Source: Escherichia phage LH2. From it: a stretch of 64,000 nucleotides of DNA. The translations under genes and the position numbers were made by a program. Below are positions 29,301-47,286 of this stretch, piece after piece. A model generated the notes under the pieces. That model did no database searches. It was not told the origin of the DNA and was given only the letters and a program-made list of their open reading frames with translations. The stretch lies in sequence record OQ378934.1. One strand, given 5' to 3'. How positions within the stretch are numbered: the first letter of the stretch is position 1; every line of letters begins with the position of its first letter.

Positions 29301-30584
29301 TTATTCATCAACGATAATTTTTGGTAGTTTAACACCTAATAAAACAGACAAATCTGAACGACCCGCCATTTTATCCATGTCTCCACCATCAATTATTCTT
29401 GCTTCTTTTTCATCTTTTGCTACAGTGTAAGGATTTGCAGATAAAGCATATCTAACCAATAAACCGATAGATGGCTGCAAACTTTCTGGATCAACTACAA
29501 CTTTAAATGCACCTACATGTTCAGGGTCATCTAAGTCAAGACCTTCTGTATACGGAGCATAGAAAATTGATCCAACAATTTCTTTTTCGCCAATATTTTC
29601 TACCACACCAACGATTACATAATCTAATGGGCTGTTAGTATCGCAATAAAGCGGTAAACCATTAGCTAAGAACCCGTAGGCATTTTGTGAAAGATATTTA
29701 TCATCTTCTGGTTTATGTTTTAACCAACCTGATGCAGCAAGAATCGCAGCGGCACGAGCTGAAGCAACACAGAACGTTGCTGTATAAGTTGATTCTTTTT
29801 GGATATGCGAAACCATTTCACACACCATTCGATATAATGAACGACCAGCTTCAGGCGCAGATGCATAACTCAAATCAATGAATCCAGTATCAGTAATTCC
29901 TGTAACTTTATAGCGTTTTGACACTGTAATCAAAGACTGCAGAATATCTTTATTGATTTCATCCGCCATTTCAGTTGCAAGCAAATCTTCCAAGAAATTA
30001 GGAGCATCGAATCCATTTGCTTCTAAATCTTGTGCTAATTCAACTGTGATGCCAGTTTTAAGTTTACGAGATTTAACTGCGGTTTGCCATTTATTAATCT
30101 GGAATCTAGCATCCGCAATTTCGCTATCAGAGCTTTCAAATTTGCTTGTTGATGCTGCATCAGAAAATAGACGAACCTTTAAAAGAACAATTGCAATCTG
30201 AAGAGCTAATTCTAAATCGCTTTCTTCAATATCAGCAAATGGTGTATCTTCTAATACTTTATAAACGATATTATTATATTTGAATAAATCGCCTTTATTG
30301 AGAGTTAATTTAGACTCTTCTGTTAATTCTGTGATTTGTTCTCGGTCTACGTACCCAGCTTCGCCAGCGTAAGTAGCACCAGTTTTAAATGTAAATTCGT
30401 TATCTGGGTTAAGGTATTTGATACCATAAAAAGCAGCAACAGGTTGATTAGTTCTTTGCGTTGCTACAATGTCAGAATATATTAATTTAGTGGTAGCGCG
30501 AGTCAAAGCAACGAGATTTGGGCGACCGATTGAGTTGCTATTCGTTGTGGTTGATTCGCGCAGAAGTTCGTTGATTTTAGCCAT
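29301..30584 (-). CDS. 24: Capsid vertex protein gp24, 427 aa
   Basis: Paralog-like similarity to the major capsid protein; size and synteny. Confidence 0.85.
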   Translation of the reverse strand: MAKINELLRESTTTNSNSIGRPNLVALTRATTKLIYSDIVATQRTNQPVAAFYGIKYLNPDNEFTFKTGATYAGEAGYVDREQITELTEESKLTLNKGDLFKYNNIVYKVLEDTPFADIEESDLELALQIAIVLLKVRLFSDAASTSKFESSDSEIADARFQINKWQTAVKSRKLKTGITVELAQDLEANGFDAPNFLEDLLATEMADEINKDILQSLITVSKRYKVTGITDTGFIDLSYASAPEAGRSLYRMVCEMVSHIQKESTYTATFCVASARAAAILAASGWLKHKPEDDKYLSQNAYGFLANGLPLYCDTNSPLDYVIVGVVENIGEKEIVGSIFYAPYTEGLDLDDPEHVGAFKVVVDPESLQPSIGLLVRYALSANPYTVAKDEKEARIIDGGDMDKMAGRSDLSVLLGVKLPKIIVDE

Positions 30585-30611
30585 TGCGCTTTCCTTTTGG
30601 TTTATATGATT

Positions 30612-30619
30612 TATTTATA
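30612..30619 (-). promoter_or_regulatory. Late promoter TATAAATA (minus strand) for gene 24
   Basis: Reverse complement of tatttata. Confidence 0.45.
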
Positions 30620-30634
30620 CCATAAAAACAACTA

Positions 30635-30654
30635 AAGGGACCCGAAGGTCCCTT
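30635..30654 (-). terminator. Intrinsic terminator after gene 23 (aagggacc-cgaa-ggtccctt, U-run on minus strand)
   Basis: Perfect 8 bp stem; A-run on + strand at 30624-30629 gives U-run downstream in the minus-strand transcript. Confidence 0.7.
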
Positions 30655-30667
30655 AAATCGTCAAAGA

Positions 30668-32233
30668 TTAGATACCTTTAACATATACACGGCGGAAGTA
30701 AGCGTTTTTACCAAGGCTATTCAGAATAGAAGGCATACCGCTCTGGATGCGAGAAGCCGGAGCTTGAGCAGCGGATTCTGCAAATGGGTTGATACCGATA
30801 CCGTAACGAGTTTTGAATCCCATTACTGGTTGGAAGTTCTTCGGATCGGAACCACGCAGCGGAGTCAGAGCTACATATGGAGCATAGTAAATACCAGCAT
30901 CCATTTCGTTCGGACCTTTATAACCTACAGTGAAATAATCCTGTTTAGCATACTGGTCGATATATACACGGTATTTACCACCCAGAACACCAGCAAATAC
31001 TGACTTGGTAGTATCAGTGTTAAAGCCGGTAGCCAGACCCTGTGCAGCATAAGAAATGCCAGTATCAACTGAAGCCAGAACGTTAACTACGTTACGGGAA
31101 GCGATAATGAAGTTACCTTCACCACGACCGGTCTGACGAGCAATTTCAACTGCTTCTTTGTCAATCTGGAACAACAGAGCTTTAAAGGATTCACCCGCCC
31201 AGCGAGCACCACGAATATCAATCGGATCCTGGAAGTCAAATACACCAGCTTTAGAACCTGGAGTCAGGGTCATACCAGATTTACCAACCTGAGCCGAGTA
31301 GTTAATCCAATCAACAACTTCACGGTTGATTTCCAGCATGATTTCGGTAGCCAGAATACCAGACAGTTCGGCATCAGCATCCATACCGTGAACAGCGCGG
31401 AGGTCTTGTGCTAATTCGATAGAGTAAGCAGCTTTCAGCTGGCGAGATTTAGCTTCGATAACTTGTTTATCGATACGGAAGCCCATTTCATTCCATGGGT
31501 TATCGGTAGAACCGTTGAAACCTTCCTGGAGTTCAGCGATAGAAGTAGCCATACCTTCAGCGATTTCTACCAATGCACCAGCTTCCATTTGTTTCTTAAT
31601 TTCAGCATCTAATTTAGCTGCATCAGTTGCGCTTGCACTAATTGTTACTTGAGCAGAAGCCTGCAGATACACAGTACCAGTGTCCTGGAAGAAGTGAGTA
31701 TAGATATCACCTACTGTGGTTTCTGTGCTAGCAGCCAGAGCCGGGAATTTCTTAGCAGCACCCTGACCAGAGAACATTGCATCTGGGCCATACATTGGGT
31801 GGAATGCTTCTTTAGCACCGGAAGCGATTGGGTCTTTACCATATACTGCGCGCAGTGCGAATACCTGGCCAGTCGGGCTGTTCATCGGCTGAACACCGCA
31901 AATATCGAAAGCAATCAGGTTAGGAATAGCACGACGTACCATACCCATAACAGCTGGGCCAATCTGAGTTACTGCGCCAGAAGTCTGACCAGCAGCGATG
32001 TTAGTAGCATTGTAACCGTGGTCACCACCGATTTCAGCTTCTGTTAAGAAAGAACCGAACGCCTGAGCGATTTTTTCGTCTTTGTACTCTGGAGCTGTCT
32101 GGAAATCTTTTTCCTGGTTTTCAAAGATTTTAGCGATAATCGCTTGTTTGCTATTAGCAATTTCCGGTAAACCTTCACCTTCCAGTAATGGCTTCCATTT
32201 GTTCAAAAGTTCAGCTTTAGTTTTGATAGTCAT
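30668..32233 (-). CDS. 23: Major capsid protein gp23, 521 aa
   Basis: MTIKTKAELLNKWKPLLEGEGLPEIANSKQAIIAKIFENQEKDFQ... matches T4 gp23. Confidence 0.95.
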   Translation of the reverse strand: MTIKTKAELLNKWKPLLEGEGLPEIANSKQAIIAKIFENQEKDFQTAPEYKDEKIAQAFGSFLTEAEIGGDHGYNATNIAAGQTSGAVTQIGPAVMGMVRRAIPNLIAFDICGVQPMNSPTGQVFALRAVYGKDPIASGAKEAFHPMYGPDAMFSGQGAAKKFPALAASTETTVGDIYTHFFQDTGTVYLQASAQVTISASATDAAKLDAEIKKQMEAGALVEIAEGMATSIAELQEGFNGSTDNPWNEMGFRIDKQVIEAKSRQLKAAYSIELAQDLRAVHGMDADAELSGILATEIMLEINREVVDWINYSAQVGKSGMTLTPGSKAGVFDFQDPIDIRGARWAGESFKALLFQIDKEAVEIARQTGRGEGNFIIASRNVVNVLASVDTGISYAAQGLATGFNTDTTKSVFAGVLGGKYRVYIDQYAKQDYFTVGYKGPNEMDAGIYYAPYVALTPLRGSDPKNFQPVMGFKTRYGIGINPFAESAAQAPASRIQSGMPSILNSLGKNAYFRRVYVKGI

Positions 32234-32251
32234 TTGTGTTAACCTTTAAAA

Positions 32252-33061
32252 TTAGAAACGAGATGCGACTTTCGCATATACACTTACAATATCTTCTGCA
32301 CCAGGTGCAGCTTTATCTTCTACAGCTTCAGTGACGAAATTCAGTCCGGCTGCTTCAGTATCAGGAGTATTTATACCCTCAGTAATAGTGCTTTCATCTT
32401 TATTAGACTTCTTCACCATTTCTACGATGGCACTCAATTTACTTGAGAATTCATCTGAATAATCCATACCTTCGACCAGAGCAGAGACTTTTTCTTTTTG
32501 AGACTCAGTCAGATCTTTAGTACTTTCGCTCAATGCCACTTCACGCTGCACATAATTGATATATGCGTCACGCTTATTGAGTTCTTCGAACAGACGAGCT
32601 GATTCTTCTTTATGTTCTTGCAGCTCTTCTTCCATTTCAGCTACAACATCAACTGATTCTTCTGGAACAACAACGTTGTGTTCAACAAAGAGCTCTTTTA
32701 ATCCACCAAGCATGGATTCAAACAGTTCGGCTTTGATGCCTTTATCAACTGCTAATTTATTTTCAGCGAGCCATTCTTTTGCAAGATGGTCGATGAATTT
32801 AGAAGCTTGCTCAGCGATTTTCTTCTCAGCTTTTTCTTCGGCTTCTTCTTTATTTTTTTCTACTTCTTCTTCTGCTTTTTCAGCAATTTTAGCGATATGA
32901 GATTCAGCTAATTTAACGGCGTGCTGCTTGACGGTAGCTTCGAATACAGTGCCGAAAGTTTCTTTTGCTTCCGGAGAAATATTAACTGATTCGAAAATAC
33001 TATCAAGAGCAACGGAAGCATCAATTTTTTGCGCTTCAGCAATCAGTTGTTCTTTAAGCAT
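32252..33061 (-). CDS. 22: Prohead core scaffold protein gp22, 269 aa
   Basis: Highly charged helical Ala/Glu/Lys-rich sequence; size and synteny. Confidence 0.85.
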   Translation of the reverse strand: MLKEQLIAEAQKIDASVALDSIFESVNISPEAKETFGTVFEATVKQHAVKLAESHIAKIAEKAEEEVEKNKEEAEEKAEKKIAEQASKFIDHLAKEWLAENKLAVDKGIKAELFESMLGGLKELFVEHNVVVPEESVDVVAEMEEELQEHKEESARLFEELNKRDAYINYVQREVALSESTKDLTESQKEKVSALVEGMDYSDEFSSKLSAIVEMVKKSNKDESTITEGINTPDTEAAGLNFVTEAVEDKAAPGAEDIVSVYAKVASRF

Positions 33062-33091
33062 TTTGTAGTCCTGTTGTTTAGATAATAATAT

Positions 33092-33730
33092 TTATAACGC
33101 TTTTTTCATGGCCTCTGCGAGAGCCATATAGGCGTCATCGGCACTTGTATCGGCTTCCGCCGTCTGTGATTCGGTAATTTCCTTAGGAGTTACCCATGCA
33201 TCTGGAGCACTTGGACCCCATACTGCATCAACACCTACAGTTAATTTGAATCCTTCGTTTACGATACGATAACCTTTATTTGTGTCAGTCAATGAACCTA
33301 ATCCACGAGAAGAAACTCCTGGAATCCATCCGGCACGAATATTAGCTGCTAATTTATCTCCAGGACCATGGTCACCTTCAATAACACGAGCTCGTCCGTA
33401 TACGTCATTTCCTTTCCACCACATATCTTCTATAATGATAGCGGCTTGCATCGGGTCAACATTAGCGCGTGGAGGATGATTTAATTCTCCGAGAGCTTGT
33501 TTAGTTAAAACTTGCTCATTGATATAGTCTTTTACCGCTTTTTCTAATATGCGTTTTGGATAAAGACGTTTATTTCTATTGACGACTTCCGCTTGCATGA
33601 ATATTCCTTCGATGTATAAACCAGGTTTTAAACCTAAGTCTTTTCCATCATGGGATTCAAGCATTGGCACGCCATCAATAATTTCGCCAGGTTGACCCCA
33701 AGTTTCAATTAGTAATTGGGGTTCATTCAT
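33092..33730 (-). CDS. 21: Prohead core protease gp21, 212 aa
   Basis: Size and synteny between 22 and 68. Confidence 0.85.
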   Translation of the reverse strand: MNEPQLLIETWGQPGEIIDGVPMLESHDGKDLGLKPGLYIEGIFMQAEVVNRNKRLYPKRILEKAVKDYINEQVLTKQALGELNHPPRANVDPMQAAIIIEDMWWKGNDVYGRARVIEGDHGPGDKLAANIRAGWIPGVSSRGLGSLTDTNKGYRIVNEGFKLTVGVDAVWGPSAPDAWVTPKEITESQTAEADTSADDAYMALAEAMKKAL

Positions 33731-34155
33731 TAGCTTAATCCTAATGCTTTACGGCGTTTAAGAGCTTTTTTACGCTTACGCTGAGCACGAGATTGACCTG
33801 CTGGATTGGCAATCTTCGTTTTGGTAGCTTTGCGAGCAATTTGTCTACGTTTTGCTTTAGACAGCCCAGTGGTTTGAAATGCATTACGTTCGCGCGTTTT
33901 GCGGTCTTTAGTACGTGTAATTTCACCACGAGCTGAAACATGCTTAACAATGAATTCATTTAACGGCATATTTTCATTAATAGAAGCTAATGCAACTGCT
34001 AAATCAGTTTCATCATCAAGCATATTCTCGATAATTGTATTTATATCGTCTTTATTTAAAGCAGAAGACAATTCGTCAAAGCGACCCTGTGCTTCAGGAA
34101 TAAGTGCTTCGACATTCTCGAGAACTAATTCATGAGTTTCAGGGATCAGAAGCAT
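33730..34155 (-). CDS. 68: Prohead core protein gp68, 141 aa
   Basis: Size and synteny. Confidence 0.7.
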   Translation of the reverse strand: MLLIPETHELVLENVEALIPEAQGRFDELSSALNKDDINTIIENMLDDETDLAVALASINENMPLNEFIVKHVSARGEITRTKDRKTRERNAFQTTGLSKAKRRQIARKATKTKIANPAGQSRAQRKRKKALKRRKALGLS

Positions 34156-34396
34156 TATTCATCATCCTCGTCTTCGTCATCTTCGTCAGAGTCTTTGTCT
34201 TTTTTGTCGTCTTTATCATCACCGTCTTCGTCATCATCCTCGTCTTCAGGTTCTTCACCTTCGATTAAGAAATTACGAGCGATAGCGATTTTTTCTTCTT
34301 TAATTAAATCAATCGTTCTTGCAGCCATGGCTTCAGCAAATAATTTACGAGCGGCTACGAGGTCGTTTGATTTAATAGCTTCAATTAAACCTTCCA

Positions 34397-34397
<1 letters not shown>
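34155..34397 (-). CDS. 67: Prohead core protein gp67 with poly-acidic C-terminus, 80 aa
   Basis: C-terminal [30 protein letters not shown]; size and synteny. Confidence 0.7.
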
Positions 34398-36022
<1,625 letters not shown>

Positions 36023-36054
36023 TTAAGCAGGATGGGGATTTCTCCCCATTCATT

Positions 36055-36546
36055 TTATTCCCAATAATCGAGAGCAAGAGTTACTTCAAATGTTTGGATT
36101 TCATTGTTTGAATCCCAATCTAATTGAAGTTCACCCACGTTAGTAGGCCACAGGCCTTTAATTTCGACTTCTTTTGTTACAGTTTTAGCGTCACGAGCAT
36201 ATTGGCGAACAACAGCGCTCTTTTTATACTCTGCTGGTTTTCCACCAGTAATTTCGTTCCCTTGCCCAGCAGCAATGCTTTGCCAATCAACAAACTTCTG
36301 GCGAGCATCATGTGCCTCATCGTTCATTACTGTAACAGTCCAGTCATCGAATGTACGATCGCCTGCTACGTTAATTTTACGGTTCATAAATCCGACTGGA
36401 ATTTTTTCTACAATACCAGCTGGTAAAGCAGTGGCTTTACATTGAAACGTAAAATTTTGTCCAAGATAAGAAATTTCTACTTGGAATAAGTTAGGTCGAG
36501 CAAAATCACCAGATTCAAACGCTCGTGTTACATCATCTACAAACAT
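36055..36546 (-). CDS. 19: Tail tube protein gp19, 163 aa
   Basis: Size and synteny. Confidence 0.85.
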   Translation of the reverse strand: MFVDDVTRAFESGDFARPNLFQVEISYLGQNFTFQCKATALPAGIVEKIPVGFMNRKINVAGDRTFDDWTVTVMNDEAHDARQKFVDWQSIAAGQGNEITGGKPAEYKKSAVVRQYARDAKTVTKEVEIKGLWPTNVGELQLDWDSNNEIQTFEVTLALDYWE

Positions 36547-36619
36547 ATTAGCCTCTGTAGTATTTATATCCCTATGTTTAACCTAGGGCATATAGAATTA
36601 AAGAATTAAGGATATAGTG

Positions 36620-36627
36620 TATTTATA
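36620..36627 (-). promoter_or_regulatory. Late promoter TATAAATA (minus strand) upstream of gene 19
   Basis: Reverse complement of tatttata; a second copy at 36560-36567. Confidence 0.4.
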
Positions 36628-36662
36628 TGGCCTGCCGAAACAGGCCTTTAGAATGCACCGTA

Positions 36663-38642
36663 TTAACCTGCAAGACCAGTTAACTCATCGAAATCTGCAC
36701 CAGTAGCAGTTGCTACGAAGTTCAAGGTAATGTAGTTAATGCTTCTAGCCGGTTGGATGTAGAATGTTGCAACAAACTCATTTCTATCAATTACTGACGG
36801 AGTGTTATTTGTTGTATCGCAAACTACACGATATTCATAAATTCCACCGAGAGCTTTAATTCCCTGTAAGTATTGGGCAGTTTCTGTGCGGAATGATGAA
36901 CGAGTAAACGCGTTGTTTAATTCGAACAAACGATATTTTGAACTACGTCCGATATTCGTTTTCAACATATTAAACAGACGACGAACGTTAATACGATCAA
37001 ATGGAGAAGGAACAGAAGTAGCTGTTTTATCACCATACAATACGTAACCATCACCACCTGTACCAGTTACTGGGTTGATAGCTTCTTGATATAAACGGTC
37101 GCGCTGAGCTTGGCGAGTTTCAATAGCAAGTTTAATAACGTTAAGAATCTGGCCACGATTATAACCAGCTGGAGACATCCAAGTCTGAGAAACGTTATCG
37201 GTTCTCGCGCATAAACCAGCAATATCAGCTGCTAATGGAACCCAACGATTCACATCATTATATTTGTCATACTGATACTTGTAGTTACCATCGATTGCTG
37301 CATAGGTTGAACTGATATTAAAGTTGTTATCAGTGTATGAACCTGCTGCAGTTCTCCAATTGACTAAGTTATCAACAGCACGAGTTACAGGAATTCCAAC
37401 TACAGTTTCACGCGGTGGTGAGCATAATACTAAGCAATCTTGGCGAGCATCACCAATTGAAACGACGTGTTTTTGGACAGTAGATGCTGTTTCTAAAGAT
37501 TCGCCAGCGCAAGAACCCGCAATAAACAACTGAACGTCAACAGATTCACGGTCAGCAAAGAAGTCCCAGGCTTCCATCAAATCTCCTGCTGTTACTTCAG
37601 CATTTGACGATAATCCACCAGACAGAGTTAAAATTCCGGAGAAGCCTTCTGGCCAGTTTTGTGCAGTTGCAAAAATATATTCTGAACCACCTTTTGCGAA
37701 AAAGTCATCAATATAGATGTTACTATCGTAAATATCTTTTTCGCCACGCTTTGTTGAAAGAACAATACTTTGAACAATAGCATCATTACGGCGAACTATA
37801 ATAGCGTATTGTGAATCAGTTTGTGGTCCATATCCAAACACTGCTTTGGCAGTAGATGCGCGTGTGCCGCCACCTGGATAAATTGGAAGTAATGCAGAAG
37901 CACCTTTTGCGTAGTCAGCTTTAGATACGATTTCAATTTCGATTTTATCGCCCAACTCGCCTGGATAAAGAGCTACTACTCCTGGAATTCCATATTTTTC
38001 GAGATTTGCTTGAAAGCCAACCTCTGTCATAGCAGCTTCAGCATTTTCAATTTCAGCTAATAAAATACCAGAATCAGTAATAATTTTTCCAAGGGTTATT
38101 ACTGCAGCTAAACCAGAGGAAGATGAAGAAATTTCCGCAGTCCAGCTAGGACCTAATTCCGGATATTCACCGACTTCTTTAGCTTTAGCGATAATTTTTG
38201 CAGTAGGAATATTAATTTTCTTAATTTTTCCATCTGTGTCTACTTCAGTAATTTTACCTTCAGTTTCAATAGCATCTGAAACATATTTGACCGTGATTTT
38301 ATCTCCAACTGCGTAGTTACTACCTGGGGTAGAAATTGTGTATTCAATATTACCGGCAATCGGAGATGAGTTTTTAGCGGTATCTCTATCAACAGCACGA
38401 ACTACTCGTAAGTCATTTCCGTACTGCAAGAAATTCATCGCAGACATAAAATAGTCAGCAGTTTCAGCGGTTGGTTGACCAAAAGTATTAACTAAATCTA
38501 CTTCATTTGTAACCTGTTTAATCTGAAAAGCAGGACCCCACTGGAATTTACCGGCCAAAGCTGCTGTACCAGTAGAGTTATTAACCACGGTGCTTTGAAC
38601 CGTAGTTTCTTTGAGCTCAATGCCCGGAGATAATAAAGTCAT
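36663..38642 (-). CDS. 18: Contractile tail sheath protein gp18, 659 aa
   Basis: Size and synteny. Confidence 0.9.
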   Translation of the reverse strand: MTLLSPGIELKETTVQSTVVNNSTGTAALAGKFQWGPAFQIKQVTNEVDLVNTFGQPTAETADYFMSAMNFLQYGNDLRVVRAVDRDTAKNSSPIAGNIEYTISTPGSNYAVGDKITVKYVSDAIETEGKITEVDTDGKIKKINIPTAKIIAKAKEVGEYPELGPSWTAEISSSSSGLAAVITLGKIITDSGILLAEIENAEAAMTEVGFQANLEKYGIPGVVALYPGELGDKIEIEIVSKADYAKGASALLPIYPGGGTRASTAKAVFGYGPQTDSQYAIIVRRNDAIVQSIVLSTKRGEKDIYDSNIYIDDFFAKGGSEYIFATAQNWPEGFSGILTLSGGLSSNAEVTAGDLMEAWDFFADRESVDVQLFIAGSCAGESLETASTVQKHVVSIGDARQDCLVLCSPPRETVVGIPVTRAVDNLVNWRTAAGSYTDNNFNISSTYAAIDGNYKYQYDKYNDVNRWVPLAADIAGLCARTDNVSQTWMSPAGYNRGQILNVIKLAIETRQAQRDRLYQEAINPVTGTGGDGYVLYGDKTATSVPSPFDRINVRRLFNMLKTNIGRSSKYRLFELNNAFTRSSFRTETAQYLQGIKALGGIYEYRVVCDTTNNTPSVIDRNEFVATFYIQPARSINYITLNFVATATGADFDELTGLAG

Positions 38643-38673
38643 TTTTAATCCTCTTTAATATGCTTTAATATAT

Positions 38674-41811
<3,138 letters not shown>

Positions 41812-41852
41812 GATTTCTCCTAATCTGGGCTTTAATTAGTTTATAATATTTA

Positions 41853-43554
<1,702 letters not shown>

Positions 43555-43567
43555 TTAAAAATCCTTT

Positions 43568-43583
43568 GGGGCCTTGCGGCCCC
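43568..43583 (-). terminator. Intrinsic terminator after wac (ggggcc-ttgc-ggcccc; U-run on minus strand)
   Basis: G/C hairpin; minus-strand transcript continues ...aaaggattttta. Confidence 0.55.
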
Positions 43584-43586
43584 ATG

Positions 43587-45050
43587 TTATGCTGGTGATA
43601 AAAAGGTAGAAAGTAATACCCATTCGCCGTCTTTACGAACGTAAGCTTGACCATCTTTTGGAGCTTCAGGAATATAACCTGCTTCTTGTAGAGCTTGAAC
43701 ATCACCTTGCAGAGAAGATATACTACCTTTGGCTGTATTCACTTCTTGTGTAACTGATGCAATGTTGGTTTCGTTAGCTTTTATTGAATTGGTTAATCCA
43801 CGTTCTTCGACAGTTGAACCGTTTGGATTAGTTCCATTTACTAAAGTATTTAACGCTACAACTTGCCCTTTAATTCCTGTGCTGTTATTACCAATCTCTA
43901 CTTGTAGGTTCTGAACATCGTTGTTCAAGCTTGAAACAGAAGTTTCAATTGTAGAAACTCGGTTTAAAAGAGACCCAGGAGGAGAAGGTTGTCCACCGCT
44001 AGAATCAGTTCCAACAATTTGGTTTAACCACGAAACATTCGCTCTTAAACCGGATGAAGTGTTTTCACCGACGATTCCATTTAGAGCTTCGATTGAAGTT
44101 TTATTATCTTTGATTTGGCCTTTAATACTCGAAGGAATATCATCTGAACCAATAGAAGTTTCAATAACGGTTAAACGCTGTTTAATACCTCCACTTTGAT
44201 TTAGCTCTAAATTGATAGATGCAATATTATTAGTGTTTGTATTAACACTCGTAATAATCGAATTATTTCCTGGATATCCTATTGAGGTCTTAATAGCACT
44301 AATGTCAGATTCAACTGTTGTCTGTTTAGTGTCAATTTCATTTAAGCGGCTGTAAACGGTTTGTGAAAACGATGGTGGTTTTGGTCCAAGCTCTTCACGA
44401 AGATTACCAACTTCAATAGTTAAAGAACCTACATCAGATTCAATAAATTTTGTTTCTAATTCGCTTAAACGTATTCCCTGTGAAGTGATGACATCAGTAT
44501 TATTAATAATGCGATGCTTCATTCCTGTGCTAGGATTTCCTACAACAGGAAGACCATTAATATCTTGGCCTGTATATTGCCCAAGTTCACGCTTTATCCA
44601 CAGTAAATCATTTCTGATCGTTCTGTATACAGAGTTGGCCTCGGAGTTAAATGGACCAATATCAGCAAGAATGCTGTCAACCGTACTATTAGTTCCATTT
44701 AATATTTCTGTATGTTCACTGGTTAGCGTTTTAAGGTCAGAAATATCCTTTTTATTGATACTTATTTGGGCCAAAGCTTCAATATCACCAGATACATCTA
44801 AGATGCCCTGAATTGTTTTAATATCGCTATTCGCGGATTCTAAAGATGTTTTAAGTATTCCAATGTTTTTATCAAGAACTTCAACATTTCTTAGTATAGA
44901 AACTGTAGGTCTATTCATTGAGCCTTCACTTCCATACTGTGTGTCAGCTCCTAATATTTCTTCGCCGTTTTTAATCCAGGAAATGCGGCTCTGGCCCTCT
45001 GCAGGAGGGCCGTCAACGAATGGTAAGTCATTCAGTACAATATCTGTCAT
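43587..45050 (-). CDS. wac: Fibritin (whisker antigen control), 487 aa
   Basis: Long coiled-coil sequence with heptad character, size as T4 Wac. Confidence 0.85.
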   Translation of the reverse strand: MTDIVLNDLPFVDGPPAEGQSRISWIKNGEEILGADTQYGSEGSMNRPTVSILRNVEVLDKNIGILKTSLESANSDIKTIQGILDVSGDIEALAQISINKKDISDLKTLTSEHTEILNGTNSTVDSILADIGPFNSEANSVYRTIRNDLLWIKRELGQYTGQDINGLPVVGNPSTGMKHRIINNTDVITSQGIRLSELETKFIESDVGSLTIEVGNLREELGPKPPSFSQTVYSRLNEIDTKQTTVESDISAIKTSIGYPGNNSIITSVNTNTNNIASINLELNQSGGIKQRLTVIETSIGSDDIPSSIKGQIKDNKTSIEALNGIVGENTSSGLRANVSWLNQIVGTDSSGGQPSPPGSLLNRVSTIETSVSSLNNDVQNLQVEIGNNSTGIKGQVVALNTLVNGTNPNGSTVEERGLTNSIKANETNIASVTQEVNTAKGSISSLQGDVQALQEAGYIPEAPKDGQAYVRKDGEWVLLSTFLSPA

Positions 45051-46630
45051 TCTTTTACCTTAATTATGTAGTTTAAAGAAATGTTCCATGGACGTGTTTC
45101 ATTTCCAATTAATTCAGGACGATTTAGTGTATATTTGGAATTTCGTTGTGATGCTGGGTCGATTTCATATCCATCATTGGTGAAGTATGAACGGTTATCC
45201 CAGTCAAGTCCTTTACGAGTACCAACAAAGTTTGAACGACGAGTATTACCAAATGCACCGGAATCGTCACCTTCACCAAAACCGCCAGCATGCTTATGAT
45301 ATGACATCTGTTGTTTTTGCACTTCACCAACATATCCACCGGTACAACCTACCGCCAGACGAGGCTTACCGAATTGGTCATTACCATTAACATTAGGGTT
45401 AGTTAAATGGATACCACGACCTGAGCCGCGAACAAATAATCCACGCATATCAGGCAAGCCTGGGTTAGAAGAACTACCACCATATCGTGTCCCAATTCTG
45501 GAAGCATATAATGGGCAATCCGACGCAGAAACAGTTCCGCCATGACAGAAGCGCCAAGCATCACTAGGAAGACTATCTGCCGCCCACATCATAATAGCTC
45601 CGACAGGAATAGTTCTATCTATTTCATTCTGTGTTACAACACGCTTACCTTGAATATAACCACCGGTCATGTTAACTGTTCCGGTAATATTTGCTCCACC
45701 TGAAGCTATTGTAAGCGTATTATTAATGCGAAGTGTTCCATTAATCGTTTGACCACCTCTTTGGTGGATAACATCAGCATTCCAAGCTAATGCTGATGAA
45801 GAATCACCTCCACTCTGTGAGCCGGCGGTTGTAGTTAATTTAACTACGCCTCTCATTGACGTTGTAGAACCACGACCATTAAGAGTTGCGCCAGTAACCG
45901 CAACAGAAGCATTATTCGAGTTAACTTCTGATTGTGTTCCTAATTTAATTACGCCTTTATATTCTTCAGTAGCAGATGAATTCATAAACGTATAAGGAGA
46001 AATTGCATAGCCTTCTCTCAAAGTTCCCTGACGAACCTGCGCTACTGTTGCTAATTGAACAACACCTTGGTCCGATTCGGTAGCTGTGGTTTCAGAAGGA
46101 GCAATTTGCGCAATTAATTTAATAGCTAACTGCTGTGTTTTTAATGGAGTCATTGCAGTAGTATCATCTGCACCAGCTAATGCTTGCGGTAGAGATGAAA
46201 TTTTAATAACACCATTCGAGGATTCAGTTGAAACACGAGTTTCAAAAGCATTATTAAGAGCAACAGTAAATTTAGCTGGAGTTATAGAAGATTCATTATT
46301 AACTCCGGCAATGGCTTCATCATTGGTTGAATATCTTGTTAATCCGTAAACAGTTTCAGTTGCATTTGGATAAGATAATCTTGTTGCCAACGTTGCTGGT
46401 GTAACTGCTTTGGTATTATTAGTTCCATCTATAACTTCCTGTTCAGTGGCAAGAAATAAAATTCCCTTTGTTGTTGACGATGCATCAGGAACTCCATTTA
46501 CGCCAGCAGGAGAAATGGCTGCTATAGCAGCCTGAACATCAGTAATCTCTGGTGGAAAATTCGTATCAGTAGGATCAAATTTTACATAACGAGATTCATT
46601 AGAAACGTGTTGGTATGTATTATTACTCAT
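45047..46630 (-). CDS. 12: Short tail fibre protein gp12, 527 aa
   Basis: Size and synteny; Gly/Thr/Ser-rich beta-structure sequence. Confidence 0.85.
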   Translation of the reverse strand: MSNNTYQHVSNESRYVKFDPTDTNFPPEITDVQAAIAAISPAGVNGVPDASSTTKGILFLATEQEVIDGTNNTKAVTPATLATRLSYPNATETVYGLTRYSTNDEAIAGVNNESSITPAKFTVALNNAFETRVSTESSNGVIKISSLPQALAGADDTTAMTPLKTQQLAIKLIAQIAPSETTATESDQGVVQLATVAQVRQGTLREGYAISPYTFMNSSATEEYKGVIKLGTQSEVNSNNASVAVTGATLNGRGSTTSMRGVVKLTTTAGSQSGGDSSSALAWNADVIHQRGGQTINGTLRINNTLTIASGGANITGTVNMTGGYIQGKRVVTQNEIDRTIPVGAIMMWAADSLPSDAWRFCHGGTVSASDCPLYASRIGTRYGGSSSNPGLPDMRGLFVRGSGRGIHLTNPNVNGNDQFGKPRLAVGCTGGYVGEVQKQQMSYHKHAGGFGEGDDSGAFGNTRRSNFVGTRKGLDWDNRSYFTNDGYEIDPASQRNSKYTLNRPELIGNETRPWNISLNYIIKVKE

Positions 46631-47286
46631 GCTGTTCTCTCAAAATGATAAAGTACTATTGGAGTTTGCTGATTATCTAAAGTTACAGTTTGTGCACCAA
46701 GCAAATTCCATGTGCCATATCCAGGCTTAGATTCTGAAATAATTTCTTGGGAAATAGTTATTCCATATGTGGAATATGTGCTTAATACATGTTTTTGATT
46801 ATCTAAATAAGTAACTTCTAATTTACTACCATCGGTTGGATGGTCTTTATATGAATTGATAGCAGTAAATGACGCAATAGCTTCTTGCAAGGCAACACGA
46901 ACTTTGGCGACAAACTCAATAGCTGTCATTCCAGTTGTTGCTGAAACTGGAAGACCGAATACTAATACAGTAACAGGAGAACCAGGAGGAAGCGAATCAT
47001 CTGTCACAGTTCCTGAAAATGCCCAATAATCAGTTTGAGAAACACCCTCAGGAGAAACACCAGTTTTATTAGTAATAATTGTACCAACGTCTTTTATAGA
47101 AAAATTATGAACATCATTAATAGCTGATTCTACATTTGGTTCATAAAATCCTTTCGCTAATTGAGAAATTGTCACTGACCCAACTGATTGACGATTCATT
47201 ACATCGATGTCGCCAGTTTTAGGTCTAAAACCAAGAAAATCGGCTAAGCGGGAAATAACTCCCGCTTTATTATTAAGTAAACTCAT
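46627..47286 (-). CDS. 11: Baseplate wedge protein gp11, 219 aa
   Basis: Internal ATG (MSLLNNK...) giving 219 aa; 1 nt overlap with gene 10 stop. Confidence 0.8.
   Translation of the reverse strand: MSLLNNKAGVISRLADFLGFRPKTGDIDVMNRQSVGSVTISQLAKGFYEPNVESAINDVHNFSIKDVGTIITNKTGVSPEGVSQTDYWAFSGTVTDDSLPPGSPVTVLVFGLPVSATTGMTAIEFVAKVRVALQEAIASFTAINSYKDHPTDGSKLEVTYLDNQKHVLSTYSTYGITISQEIISESKPGYGTWNLLGAQTVTLDNQQTPIVLYHFERTA

Noticed and set aside
32556-32900. Plus-strand Ser-rich ORF (114 aa)
   Set aside because: Antisense to the charged, repetitive scaffold gene 22; no start context.
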